Assembly (NCBI GenBank): GCA_002189035.1
Contig: NEEC01000017.1
Span: 1,240,001 to 1,304,000 of the forward strand
Length of the DNA stretch: 64,000 bases
From: Utricularia gibba
Lineage: Eukaryota; Plantae; Magnoliophyta
Direction: 5' to 3'
The position numbers and the translations under genes are program-made. The stretch's first letter is position 1. Every line of letters begins with the position of its first letter. Shown piece after piece: positions 1 to 12,487 of the stretch. The notes beneath the pieces were generated by a model. The model had not been told where the DNA came from. It was given only the letters and a program-made list of their open reading frames with translations, and did not search any database.

Positions 1-10
1 ATTCACATGG

Positions 11-106
11 GCACCAGATAAAAACACGTGTTTCACATTACGAATCAGGAAGCCACAAGCACCAGATAAAAACACGTGTTTCACATTACGAATCAGGAAG
101 CCACAA
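11..106. repeat. Perfect 48-bp tandem duplication spanning the BSD gene stop codon
   Basis: gcaccagata...ggaagccacaa occurs identically at 11-58 and 59-106. Confidence 0.95.
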
Positions 107-2222
107 CGTCCAGCCAATCACTTGATTCCTTTGTGCCACCAGAAACCTTTGCTTCCGCATCTTTAGGAGACTTGCCCAGTTGAACCCATTCCCGAGCACC
201 TCTATCAGAACTGGTGTTCGACTCCCTGAGGACGGTGGGGGCTTCTCCGTCCTCTTCTTCGAGATCGCTGAATGAAACATCATCATCATTGTTGGTGGGG
301 ATGGACTCAGAAAAGGTGACACCAGGTTCGGTTGCCTCATCCCTTAACCAGTCATCTACATCCTCATCAGGGAGAAGATTGGCAGAGTTATGTTTCTGCT
401 CATGGATTTGTAGCTTGCTGGCATCCTTCTCCTCGATGGCGGTGCTACTAATGACTGCAGGTTTATTTTCCTGGACTGCGATGTCAGGTGATTCTGAAGC
501 AGCTGCGGGAGATGATTTGTCGAGGTTGGGGGCGGGAACAGGAAGGGGGTGGACATGATGAGAAGATGCAATTTCTTCTTCCAGTTCAGGAGATTTGGTG
601 CTGAGTGATTCATCTTGTGTCACTTGATTTTGAATCTTTAATTCAGTTTCCAGCAACGCCCTGGCTTCCATCACCTGCAGAGGAAAAGAGACGTAGGTCT
701 TGTGGAGAATCAAAAGTTGATAAAAGTGCAATAAACCAGAAACTTGAGAACTTTGCTTTCATTGACTGAGATACAGCTGTATTTTCATGAAGGAAATCAG
801 GACAGCAACCATTTTCTCATCTTGCACTAAAAAATGGTAGTAGTTCAATGGCTGATTATTCACCATATGACGGAAGGACATGTTGAAGCAGAGTAAACAA
901 AACTTCCAGATGAGCCATGATTGTCAAACAATATGTGAGATGTTTCAAAAACAGCTAACTTGTTATTGACAGCTTTCAAGATCGGGGAAGTTATCAAGGA
1001 ACCATGGAGAATGAACGGCCAACCATTAATAAAACCATAACCAGAAAAAAGCATAAGAGGAGGGAGCATGACAATGTATAAGAACCTGGGGTGTAGACAG
1101 AATCAGGGCATCTTCCTTGGATAGCCTAGTGTGAACGAGCACAAAATAAGTCCTCCAGAAGCGAGTCTCACTCATGTATTGAGGGGACAGTTCCATTCTC
1201 AATGCAGATAATCTCGGTACAAGGCGCTCTACAGCTAATGCATGCTCTTGTTGCTCATCAGAAATATCAAAATCTGAAATCAAAATATTGCACAGTTGAA
1301 ACGTCGCCCATGACACTTGCGTTCCTCTTGTAATAAACTCTACCGATGAAAAGCACCAACATCTACTCAAAATGCTTAATTATAACCACTTCGATAAGAA
1401 AGACAGCAATGTTCAACACAAAGAAACTCTTCAAGCTGTCCATTTTTTTTTTTTTCAAATTCAGAAATCAGGGGAAAGACGCAAGCTTCTCATACTCATA
1501 AAATCAAGTGAGCTAGAATCTCTAATGACTTCCTTACCGCAAATATTCACTAATGACCCATAGTTAAACAAGATCCTGGACATTGATCAATACAATTAGC
1601 GATAGTTACCAAATGAGGAGAATCACTGAAGCATACCATCTTCATCTTCATCCTGCACTGGTCTCTGGAAATCCAGCCAAATCTCTGGGTGCGTAGATAT
1701 ATCAGAAGCAAAATTCACCACTTCTGTGGTCACGCCCACTGCCCCATATTCCCGGAAGTGAAATATTTACCATTCCCTTGATCCACATTCTCATCATCTG
1801 ATTCCAAATGAAGAAAACTAGATGCCAGTTTGGTAATCTCTGAGACTTTCATGTTATTCGACAGCCGAGTAATTCCGGTCCTGAACCTTCCCCCAATCTC
1901 CGCAAAATCATCACGGATCCCCAAAGAAGGATCTTTATCCGATCCAGAAACATCAGTATCTTCAGATTTCTGTTCCGCGGAGGAGGCGGTGCAAGAAACG
2001 ACGCGAACCCCCGGAATTGGCGTGTTAGGGTTCTACTCAACTCCGATAGATCTTCTTGAAGTCCCGAGACGGCGCTGTCGGCGACAAATCACTATGTTCT
2101 TGAGATTCCGCATCCTCTTTCTGTACATAATCAATTTTGTGATCAGAGTGAACGTCATCACCACCGTCGTTGTCGTCGTCAAACTTCAGGGAGTTGGCGA
2201 TGGATCGAGCTAACCACGACAT
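93..2222 (-). CDS. BSD domain-containing protein (3 exons; 3 apparent 1-nt deletions in exon 1)
   Basis: Starts MSWLARSIANSLK (ATG 2222); EDLSELSRTLTRQFRGFASFL; GIRDDFAEIGGRFRTGI; VVNFASDISTHPEIWLDF; BSD core FDISDEQQEHALAVERLVPRLSALRMELSPQYMSETRFWRTYFVLVH. Exons about 2222-1637, 1273-1087, 676-93 with GT-AG introns. Resembles At3g49800/At5g65910 (recall). Confidence 0.85.
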
Positions 2223-4477
2223 ATTCTTAAAATCGGAAAAACACAGCGCCGCAAACTCGTCGGAATCTAGATGTTTATAAACCGGATTCACGCCTTCAAC
2301 GCCGGCAATGAGTTTTCATTTCCCTTGCTGATTCATGGGTGCCGACGAAACAAATATTTACATATAGACCCTGTAGTTCCAGTTATTTACCTTTGACTTT
2401 CAAAATCTCAAAAAAGGTAAAGGATGACATCCAATATATCAAAAAGATATTTTTAAATCAGCACAACATTATTACAATACTGATATTTTTATTACTTGGA
2501 AAATATAGTTGTAAACTATGATAAATACACTCACAAATTTTAATATTTTTCAATAAATATTCGTATCCAATCCTCACGATGTTTTCCGTTTTCAATAAAA
2601 TATATCTCATAAAATGAAAAATATTCATTTATTTAAATACGTCATTTACTCCATTTGTAAAGTATATAACATAGTCGACATTCTTGATACTTTCTAGATC
2701 TAAAGAAAAAAATTATTCTGACAAGTAAATAGATCATATTTCATAACATTAATATGTAAATGGAAAATAAAATAAAGAGTAAAAATATAAAGATGTATAA
2801 GAACCTTTTCTATTTTACTCGTTATACTAGAAGAAATAAAATTTAATGTACCTTGAATGTCGTTAATCAAGAAAAAATAATATAAAAATAAATGAAATGG
2901 TACGGACCAGCTGGTCCACCCGTTAATATTATGATTTATTAATATTGGGCCAAATAATCATAATCCATCTAGTTAATGGACCCATATTTGACAGCATCAG
3001 CCTGGCCCATTACTATTCACAGAGAAAGACAGCACTTCTAGAATTATAATTAATTAAAATGGTACAGTTTCGATTGCGATTTACAGTTCAACATTTTGAC
3101 TTTTCGTACAGTTTTGGTTTCAATTTCAGGCCAATTCGCTATATTTGGAATCGAGAAATTGTGATTATAATTCGTTTGAGATCGTCAGTTTGAGACATGC
3201 ACATGAAACCAACATTTTTTTGGATATTTTTAGATATCCATAAAAATCATTGTGACTACTTGAAAATATAATTTTTATTTTTAAATTTATTTGAATACTT
3301 AAAACCATGATTCGAACCAAAGCCGTAGGTTCAATTCCAGATTTGGTTTTCGATTCATAATTGAAAGTAGAATCGAATTTTGACATGAAACCATGATTTA
3401 TGAATCATGGATTCTATGAAATGTATGGATCGATTTTGAATCCATCACAACACGAAGATTATGTTTGATAGAAAATATAAAAGAGTATTATCAAATGGTA
3501 AAATAAAAGCATGATGTTTAATAAGTGAAATAAATTATATTTAGGATCATTTATATTATAAATATGTGATAAAATAATGAAAGATAAAGAATTGATATAA
3601 AATTATATTGTTATATACCTCTCTTTATATAATATTTTTATATTAAATATAACTTATCTATTTACCAAACATTTGAAGAGTACCCCTAGATGTACAGGGC
3701 TACTCTTCCCCCTGAACTGGCGTGTTAAGGGAATTAACTGACTTACAAAAACTCTCATTTTTTTTCTCCTAATTTAATATAAAATTAATTTTACATACAT
3801 TTAATCTTCTTTATTATAAAAAAATAGTTCTTTCATTTTATCTTGAACCACATAAGTATAATTTAAAACAAACCATCGAAATACTCAATAAAATTATTTA
3901 TATTATAAGATAAAAACTTGTATTTCAAAAATACGATCGATTTCGTATCGATTAGTGTTTCGTATATTAAAATCGGGTCCTAAACACCCATTAAGGTTGG
4001 AATTAGGCAATCTAATCCATTCACGGACACCTTTCTCAAACCGTTGTAATGTCTTCACGTAGACAGGAGTAGGGTGGAGGCAGAAGCTTAAGTCAACCGA
4101 GTAATTAAAATTTAGGCAGTAGACAGGAGCTGTTTCCTTGTCTATGCAGCGCTCTCCTTAAACGCAGTACATGCTACACAGCAGCAACAGCAGAATGGAT
4201 TCGCCTCTCTGGTTCGTTCTTTGCACTTGGAGGGAACATGCACACGTTGAAAAATGAGAGATCCGATATATACCAAGGATAAGGAGGCCATTATTGTCAC
4301 CCTAGCAAAATACACGTGCATCCCATGATTTTAAGACCAAAAACAGCAACAACAATTGTGTAATAATCTTCTAGGATCCAAGTAAGGGATCCTGCTGGAT
4401 CAGAGAGGGCCAACGTCTGCGGTGATTCTTATGTGGTTTTCTTTTTTGAACTTCAAAGCTCGTGCTTGGTGATTCTT

Positions 4478-4792
4478 CTATGGTTTGGAGGACTGGGTGT
4501 AGATGTAGTCTGTCCGGGCCGCTAGGGTTCGTCGGATCAGGCACTCGTCTTCGCCCACTCCCCTGCATCCATCCCACTCCGAATCGTCCGCCATGGCCAC
4601 CTGCAATTTTTACAACAAGACGTAAACATCTGCTCTCGTTGTAGAGAAAAAAGGTACCCTTGTGTTCTCATGCAGCGGATGAGAGCGTGCCTCGTCGGAA
4701 GCTGGCGAGGGGATCGGCATGGGGCGTGCCATGGAGGCGGCGGTAAGGAGGAGGAGGAGAATCATGAGGAGGACGGCGGCGGGCTTGGGCAT
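4478..4792 (-). CDS. PSK: Phytosulfokine precursor
   Basis: Exon 1 4792-4658 encodes a signal peptide ([24 protein letters not shown]). A 57-nt GT-AG intron follows. Exon 2 4600-4478 reads [40 protein letters not shown], with the DYIYTQ mature motif. Confidence 0.95.
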
Positions 4793-5039
4793 GTCTGGTT
4801 CCTTTTCCGATCGGGTGATAAGAGTAGAGTTGTTGAATGTGGGAGGTATTTATACATGGAATTTGAGGGGCTACGAGAAGCTAGAAGAAGCACACTCAAA
4901 ATCATGCACCCGAATCAAGAATCCTATGGCTATGGATATCGTCTTAGGATTCATTGCACATCATTCCAATTTCACTAACAAATATCGGCATCCTAATTAA
5001 TACCCATAACTGCATTGCAATTTGCATCCACGAATTTCC

Positions 5040-6271
5040 AAAGATGGCATCTCAAAACCCTAGAACATGAATCTCCAGAGAGGGCGAGATATCCCATGTG
5101 CGGGAAGTAGAGGTAAATATGAGATGGAGGGCTGGAAGAGGAGCCCTAGGTGTACAATTGAACCCCCAAGTTGTGCATTTTAGCAGCGTACAAAAATGCA
5201 TTTAGGTTAAAAGTCCAGGGTGATTAAATGCAGAAAACTAACTCCGGCAAACTTTCCCTCCCTACAATTAAGATAAGCTGCCCGTTTTTCAAACGGAAAA
5301 TTCTAAATAATTAATCAAATCAGTACTGCACATCAAGTTTTGCTTCACTACGTGCAGAAGATCCCGCTGACAGATCTGCAGAATCGCTAGACGAAATCTC
5401 CAGGAATCAGACCACGCACAAGTGTGACAGCATTTCTGACGAGGGTTCTTTATTGGGGAGACGATTTTCTGTAGTTTGGTAAGCATGCTAAATCCAGATA
5501 TCCACTTTCTAGTACTGGTTTTGGATGTGATCTTCACAATCTGTGAGAATGGTGGCAATGTGCGTTGCACTCAATAAATAACCCGAACCCGATTGTGGGC
5601 AATGAATCGAATCCTCCACCATTGCAGATCATGAAGCTGGTTGCTGTGATTCCCTTCCATATCCTATGAAGCTCACTCTTTTTGACGAGTGGGATCTTGA
5701 GGGCGTGACTTCTTCCCACCCTGATCTTCTAGTTATTGAGGCGACCGACTGTGGGATCCGAAGCATAGAGCTCAGCCAGCCCGAGCACTAGACCATGTGC
5801 CTCTTTTTGGCTCCACAGAAGGCATGGGCATGCCTCTGAAGAGCCATTGGAGCCAACATATCCACTGTGTTTGAAAAACCGTCGTAGATTCGGATTTTCA
5901 ACCTTGGGGATTGAAATGCATGGGCGTGGGTGGTCCTTTAGAATGTTTCAACCTCCTTTTCATCATTCCAGATACAAAAAATCAAATGTAGATAATACTC
6001 CGGTTGAATTTCGTGATCATACACAAATGATGCCTCTTTTTCCTTCCTCTCCATTACCAAACCAACACAAGCTATCTCATCCAGAAACCCTAAAGTGGGA
6101 GTGATGAAACATTAACCTCAAGCGATTCGAGATTTAGAAACTATATGTATTAATACTCGTGTTCTTGGTACTTTTTAGGAGCATTCCTTCTTCCTTTAGG
6201 TATTCAAGTTTATAATGAATTTTTTCTCCTGTGTGTAAGTATTGTTGATTTTTCTGTTTTGTGAGTCATCA
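5040..6271 (+). mobile_element. Degenerate LTR-retrotransposon-like remnant
   Basis: Higher-GC block with stops in all frames. Purine-rich AAAGTGGGAG lies directly before TGATG (6102), and CATCA at 6267-6271 forms a TG..CA terminal pair. No RT/IN motif recognised. Confidence 0.35.
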
Positions 6272-6851
6272 TCTTTTTGTTCTTCATTTGTTTTCTATAG
6301 TTGTCTAAATGTGGTTACTATTAAAGTTAAATATCGATGGATTACATTAGAAAAGATTCATTCAACTGATTATATGTAATGTTATATATATAAATATTTT
6401 ACTTTAATTTATGATATATAATTGTTTGTTTTAATAAAGGATTAGAATGCTTTGTGACATCACACAACACAAACTTGATATTTCTTTTAGTGTCCTCCCA
6501 TTTTTTAATATTCATTGCAGCTTTCAATTGCCCCTAAAATACATGCTAACCAACACATATGGCATATACCTTGATGCATTCGAATCACTAATAAGGTTCC
6601 AAACAATATGGTGTGTACAACAAGAATTATCACAATATGCATGATATCGCAATATTTCTACCGTACTTATCACAGGGGCGTTTCCTAAAGGTTATATCAT
6701 AAGTCCATCTTTCGAGCTCCAATCCTCATACTTAATTACCATAGAATTATTTTGTATTATGAACCATTCGTGCAAATGATTCATAATTTTTTTTGTTCAT
6801 TTAATTAATGTAATAATCTTTATTTTTTTTATCTGTGTGTATAGATATTTA

Positions 6852-7017
6852 AGATCTGTTTATTTCAACTTCTACTTCAAATTAAGTGTTTTTGAAGTGA
6901 TTTTTATTGAAAACAAAAACAAATTTTGTTTTTTTTAAACAGGTTCATACCCGTTTCTATCAGCTTTTGAAGTACTTTTTTTAAAACGTTTTTAATGAAA
7001 CATAAATAAAAATACCT
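6852..7017. mobile_element. Tourist-like MITE remnant
   Basis: Imperfect 15-bp TIR (AGATCTGTTTATTT vs AGGTATTTTTATTT) with TTA on both flanks. Confidence 0.35.
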
Positions 7018-7544
7018 TTAGTTATAGAGAAACGTGACATTTGATGGTGGCAACACCGGGGGCTAAATCGTCAACTTATAATAATGAATTTATTTCGGTG
7101 CAAAAGAGGAAAGTTTCCACTTTATACGGAAGGGAAAGGGGAGCCAACCAGAAAGAGCAGGAAATTGACTGTAGAATAAACATTTCCAGTAAGATTCGGA
7201 TACGGGCATTCGTGTCCGCGTCATGCGTCGAATCGAAGTTCGGACACGCGCCCAACCATGCATTGCCACGTGGGTACGTGGAGAGTTCCTTCGTCACTAA
7301 GTTCGTCCCCACCGTAAGAAAGAGAGAGAGGGTTTTGAATGCGCTGGCGGCACCACCACGTGTCTCGGTGGGTGCTGACTCAGGGAATTCCTATCTCCAC
7401 TTGTTGGTAATTACGATAATACCCTTAACGCCCTAATATCGTATGAATCGAAGAAAAGGCGCCTCCCTACGTTGCCGTTATAAGTTCCCAACTCCTCCAC
7501 TGTGATCCTTCCCCTTTTCCCCTTTTGATGACTCTTCGGCCGCA

Positions 7545-8069
7545 ATGGCATGCTTTCCGGCGGACATCCACGGCGGAGACACCCTCCTCTCTTTCGATTT
7601 CCTGCCGCCGTGGGGGTGCTACGAGGCTTCACTGCAGCGGGATGCGGATTTCACGGCTCCGGTGACACCGATCTCCGCCTCCGTAGCATCCATCACGAAG
7701 CTCTCCGGCGAGATCATCGACGAGCGACGGATGCGGAGAATGGTATCGAATCGGGAATCGGCGCGGCGGTCAAGAATGAGGAAACAGAAGCATTTGGAGA
7801 GTTTGAGGAATGAGGTGAGTAAATTCAAAGATGGGAATCGGGAACTACTGATCAAGCTACGTGTGATTCTCCGTCAAAGCCAGGTCATCCTTAAGGAGAA
7901 TCAGTCTCTGTGTGCGGAAGCGGCGGCTCTCCGCCGCCGATTATCGGAGTCACGGAGGGACCTCCTTTTACAGTGCCTTCAAGAGACGATGAGATCTTCC
8001 GCTGCATGCCCATGCAGCGGTAACGTGGGCTGCGTTAATCACTGGAGATTAGTTTCTAATCACAATTAG
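7545..8069 (+). CDS. Intronless S-group bZIP transcription factor (bZIP4/5-like)
   Basis: Basic region DERRMRRMVSNRESARRSRMRKQKHL followed by a leucine zipper; single exon, 174 aa. Confidence 0.92.
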   Translation: MACFPADIHGGDTLLSFDFLPPWGCYEASLQRDADFTAPVTPISASVASITKLSGEIIDERRMRRMVSNRESARRSRMRKQKHLESLRNEVSKFKDGNRELLIKLRVILRQSQVILKENQSLCAEAAALRRRLSESRRDLLLQCLQETMRSSAACPCSGNVGCVNHWRLVSNHN

Positions 8070-8664
8070 CGAGGTAGATTATCAGTAAGCACCGATGAAG
8101 CCCCTCGAGAGTCCTTGTGATTAACAACTCGGCTTATTATGTTATCACAACTTTGAACGAGCTCTGCCCAAAATCATTAACTCAAAAAAATTAAAAAAGA
8201 TTAATATTTATAATTGAATTTATATTTTATAAAAAGAAAAAATATTTTATTTCAATATAAAACTAATTCACATTGTTCAAAATATTTATTTTTAAATTAA
8301 ATTAAAATTTCCTATTAAAAAAGATTTTCGAGTTCCTTGGTAAACCGGGTCTGCCATCTGAATCCGGTTTAAAAGCATTGCCACTTGCAGGTAATGGGCT
8401 ATAGCCGGAAGACTTGGGCTTCCCTTTCAGCCCACAAACGAACTAACTTTCTAAATCGGGGTTCACTCGGCCCAATAAAAAAATTAAAGGATTGTTTCCA
8501 TAAATGTTGTCAAAGCATGAAATGCGAGTTTTAAATCATTTTCCTAAAAAAAATAATAATAAAACTCACTTCATCGTCTACAGTGATTGCTGAAGAAGAA
8601 GCAACGATATGTGAACTGCCATCCATTACCGAGAGCTAAGGAACGAGTATCCACAGGCTACAAC

Positions 8665-9468
8665 TCAATAATCCGGCATCAGTTGACTGATCTTCCCTTC
8701 CTCGTTGACCGACTGCCGTTCCGAGATTCTCAACCAGACCCAGACCGCAGTGAAGCTCAGAATCAGGCTCAAGATCCCGCTTCCGATTCCGATCCCGACG
8801 ATGGATGCGATCGATATTCCCCTGTTCTTTGATTCCGGCAAAGGGTACCCGTAGAGCCCATTGTTCCCTTCGAAGTAGCTGGCATTAAACCCTTTGCGGT
8901 ACCCCAGGGACACCGGGATGGGACCGGAGAGTTTGTTATCGGACACATCGAAGATGGAGAGGCGCGCTAGATATCCGATTTGTTGCGGGATCTCGCCGGT
9001 GATGCGGTTCTTGTGGAGGTCAATGATGTTAAGGTAGAAACAGAGTGATAATTGGGGAGGGATTTGGCCGGAGAGGCGGTTGGAGGAGAGGTTCAGGACG
9101 GCGAGATTCACCATGTACTGTAATTCCGGCGGAATCGGGCCAGAGAGGTTGTTGGAGGAGAGATCCAGAGCTTGTAGATGGGTGCAATTGGAGAGAGCGG
9201 GAGAAATGGTGCCTCCGAGGGAGAGATTGGAGAGGGAGAGCTTATAAATGCGACCATTGTCGCAGGTTGCGCCTTCGAGCAAGGAATCAAAACCTTGGCA
9301 GGGATTAGCGAACGTCACTCTGTTCCAGTTCTTGAGGTTTCCGAGAGGATCCACGAGGGCCTGCCGGAGACCCGCGAGACAGAATTCGTCGCCGGGATCC
9401 GCCGCACCGGACAAAAACTGAACCACCAACGCCACCGCCGCCGCTAGCAGTTGAGTAGCCATACCCAT
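8665..9468 (-). CDS. RLP44: LRR receptor-like protein RLP44/RLP57
   Basis: Signal peptide, [23 protein letters not shown], four LRRs, TM helix and the diagnostic tail [12 protein letters not shown]; single exon, ATG at 9468. Confidence 0.93.
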   Translation of the reverse strand: MGMATQLLAAAVALVVQFLSGAADPGDEFCLAGLRQALVDPLGNLKNWNRVTFANPCQGFDSLLEGATCDNGRIYKLSLSNLSLGGTISPALSNCTHLQALDLSSNNLSGPIPPELQYMVNLAVLNLSSNRLSGQIPPQLSLCFYLNIIDLHKNRITGEIPQQIGYLARLSIFDVSDNKLSGPIPVSLGYRKGFNASYFEGNNGLYGYPLPESKNRGISIASIVGIGIGSGILSLILSFTAVWVWLRISERQSVNEEGKISQLMPDY

Positions 9469-9868
9469 CTCCAGAAGCACGCCAACTGTTCGATGAATTT
9501 CACCAGGTAAAAATAAAAATAGGGATTACCTAAACGACGCCGTACAAGATATGAAATTCATGGTGCCATTTCCAGTCAACTCCCAATCCCTAAATCTACA
9601 TGTGTAGATACTTACAGATTTATAGAATATCAATAGATACAATGATACACTACACCAGTTGTATGTATAGACAGGTCAAGCTGGCACGACGTCGTTTAGT
9701 GGCTGTCCCCCCCACCCCCGTCTTCCATCCTCTGCAGAGGGTAAGCATGATACTAGCTGGCGTTAATGGTGCATTGATTGCGGCTCTAATTGCATGATCT
9801 CGTGTTTAGGGGAAGGAAGCCCTGCCACTACAAACCCATCTGGAGGATGAGGCATTGCAGCATGAATG

Positions 9869-11397
9869 TCATTCGCGTTGAACTACAACGGCCTCCTCTG
9901 CTACAGTCCAGGGTGCGCCTCCAGAGTTCACTGAAGAAAAACCGGCATCGCTGCAGCTCTGAGGAGAAGGGGGAAACTGAGAGTTGTGATGGGGAATGGA
10001 AGAACATGACTCAAGTATACTTACGAAGGGGCATGTGTAAACCAGCAGCGTTGTCCAGTCGTGCTTCTCCAATGCCGTCCGCAGAGGTTCATCTGTTTCT
10101 TCCTGTAGGAAGTATATGATGGGGGACATCAGCTGCATTTCGAATTGTTGTGCTCTGCCACAGATGTTACAGGCACCTTGGTATCCCGTCTCACTGGTGG
10201 GTAGAAGAGGATCCCCACCGTACCTGATCAAGTAGCAGTTCGTGAATATGAAATCCTGAAGAAACAAGTTAGGTGTATTTATAAATTCCGAGGGACAGAC
10301 TTTATCTGCTGTCCTCACCTGATGCACTGCTCTGGGTATGCATCGATCCTTTTCTTGAACTTGAGATAACTTCGGTCTGCATTCAATGCTCTGTCGTATT
10401 CATACACTTCTTCTGATGCTTCGTCTGGGTTATCTTCAGGATTCATGTCAAGCGCTGAAAGATCAACGGATGGAGTGCTGTTTTCTGGAACAATCCTTCT
10501 GTTAACTCTCTCCTCCTGAGTGTATATGTAGAAGCATGGCAATACTGCAGAATGGCAAGGAAAAAAGATCAGATTACCAGAGCCCAAAGAGGAACAAATC
10601 AGGACCCGAGTTCCACCATACCTGGAGTTCCATCATCAACACATCTGACAGTCCGATCGAGTTGAGGCTTTTTAATGGTCGCAACACTGGGTTTCTTCTT
10701 CTTCGTGATGGTTGCCACCTCACTGAACGCAGTGATCAAGTCATCCAAATCCAGATCCTCGGTTTCTGCATGGTCATCCACACCATCGTCCAGCATAGCA
10801 TTTGAGTTTAAAGTTTCTTGCGCAGCTTCATCTGTCGAGATTCTCTGAACCCGAAGGGCTCTCCATCTGTATTGACCCAGAACCCAGCAGGAAAATGATA
10901 TGAAACATTCTTACAAATTAGAATTACTAGAACCAAAAAAATACTAAGCAAAGGATCCCTTAAAAATCTAACCAAGAGTCTTACGTGCCACTCGCACAAT
11001 CCGAATCCACGCACCCAAAAACATATATTGTTCTCTCATCTATCAGCGACAACGGTGCATATACCTAATCCATGAGAAGTTAACAACAGCATTGCAGGGA
11101 ACTGCTTTGGAAAGTCCAAGTAAAACTAGCCTGTGTTTGAAAAGCAAACCTGCGCAAGGAGACACAACTGGCTGCTGCACTTGGTGCATTTCAGCAACTC
11201 CGGATTCACACAATCCAATGGAGACGGCCAATCCTGATCAAATTATATGCAATTCAAGATGAAATGCAATCATGGCACAAAGAAGAACATACAAAGCTGC
11301 ATACCGGTAGTCCCCCGATCTTGGTCGTGTACATATCAGCTACTTCATAATTATTATCAGCCCATGGACCTGGCATCCCCAAGGTAACTCCCACCAT
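9869..11397 (-). CDS. PDCD2/PDCD2L (TSR4-like) programmed cell death 2 C-terminal domain protein
   Basis: [31 protein letters not shown] | [19 protein letters not shown] | [13 protein letters not shown] | WRALRVQ | [27 protein letters not shown] | [32 protein letters not shown]; GT-AG junctions traced. Confidence 0.9.
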
Positions 11398-11883
11398 ACT
11401 TGATACTCGTGATTGGCTAAAAACTCGAAGAAATGCAGCACCAAGTTGTAAGCTTTATAAACTATTACATTGCTATACAATTCCACGCAACCTACACAAA
11501 GTGGGCCAGTCACTTGAAGGAAAACCACACAAGAACAACATGCAAAAGAGCAGACAGGAAAAATGACATCTTTACTCAAATGCCAGTATTCCATAAAAAC
11601 CAATAAGTTGTAGGCTCATTCAAAAACAAAAAGAGAAGCATAAAAGGAGGGCTCAGACACGCATAAACAAGTCATCAAAGAAAGCAAATTTTAGTCCAGC
11701 AATTCGATTCTCAGCATCGAGAAATGAATTCTCTCTTCATCGCCCTCCCGGAATACAAAAAAATTATCTGAAAATCGTAAGAAAAATACAACACATACCC
11801 GCGGTTAGGAGAATCTCTGCTCTAGAGACAAAAAAATACCAGGCCATGTCGCTTTAACGTTCACGGGGAAAAAAACGTAGAAT

Positions 11884-11937
11884 TTAGGGTTTCCGGCCCA
11901 GAATGATCCATCGGTAGGCTTTAGGGTTTCTGGCCCA
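11884..11937 (-). promoter_or_regulatory. Two tandem telo-box plus site II modules upstream of PDCD2L
   Basis: TTAGGGTTT at 11884-11892 and 11921-11929, each followed by GGCCCA (37-bp period). Confidence 0.7.
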
Positions 11938-12002
11938 GGACGACCATTCATCTTTCCCCTGAGAAATTACTCTTTTTTAACATACCTTTCATAAAAAATT
12001 AA

Positions 12003-12237
12003 AGTAATATTCTGAAAAACTTTTAAAATCTATTTCTATTTTTCAGAAGTAAAAATAATTTTGTTATAGAACATTTTTAATTGTAAAAGTAATTTTATCA
12101 AAAATACTTTTAAAATTATAACTATAAAAATTATTTTTAAAAAAGTAATTAGTTAGTTATTTTTAGTTTTATTTTTATTTTTCAAAAATAATTTTAAAAA
12201 GTAAAAATAAATTTTAAAAATTTTCCAGAACACTACT
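12003..12237. mobile_element. Tourist-like (PIF/Harbinger) MITE
   Basis: About 33-bp imperfect TIR (AGTAATATTCTGAAAAACTTTTAAAAT vs AGTAGTGTTCTGGAAAATTTTTAAAAT); TAA at 12000-12002 and 12238-12240. Confidence 0.55.
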
Positions 12238-12487
12238 TAACACTATGTTTATTTTCATTAATTGTTGAATCCGGTTCAAACTGGTCGGACCGATTGCAAC
12301 ATTTTTCAGATTTCCATTTCTTTAACTAAACTCCTTTATTGTGAACCAGGAAATGTTTCAAAAAGACAACATTAAGAACTAAGACGCCAATTTCTTCCTT
12401 GAGTGTCATGGAACAAGTAGACGGCTGTAAAGTAAGGAAAATGTTTGTCACATATACAGAAACCAAGACGGCAGAGCTGCTTTAGCA

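Noticed and set aside
3675-3708. Hairpin GAAGAGTA...TACTCTTC as a Helitron 3' end
   Set aside because: No CTRR terminus at the expected distance; short isolated stem
4371-4577. ORF with CLE-like [17 protein letters not shown]
   Set aside because: It is an alternative frame of PSK exon 2; the spliced DYIYTQ frame explains the region and this frame has no signal peptide
7430-7545. Sucrose-repression (SIRT) uORF of S1 bZIPs
   Set aside because: No conserved SIRT peptide upstream; only an unconserved out-of-frame ATG at 7528
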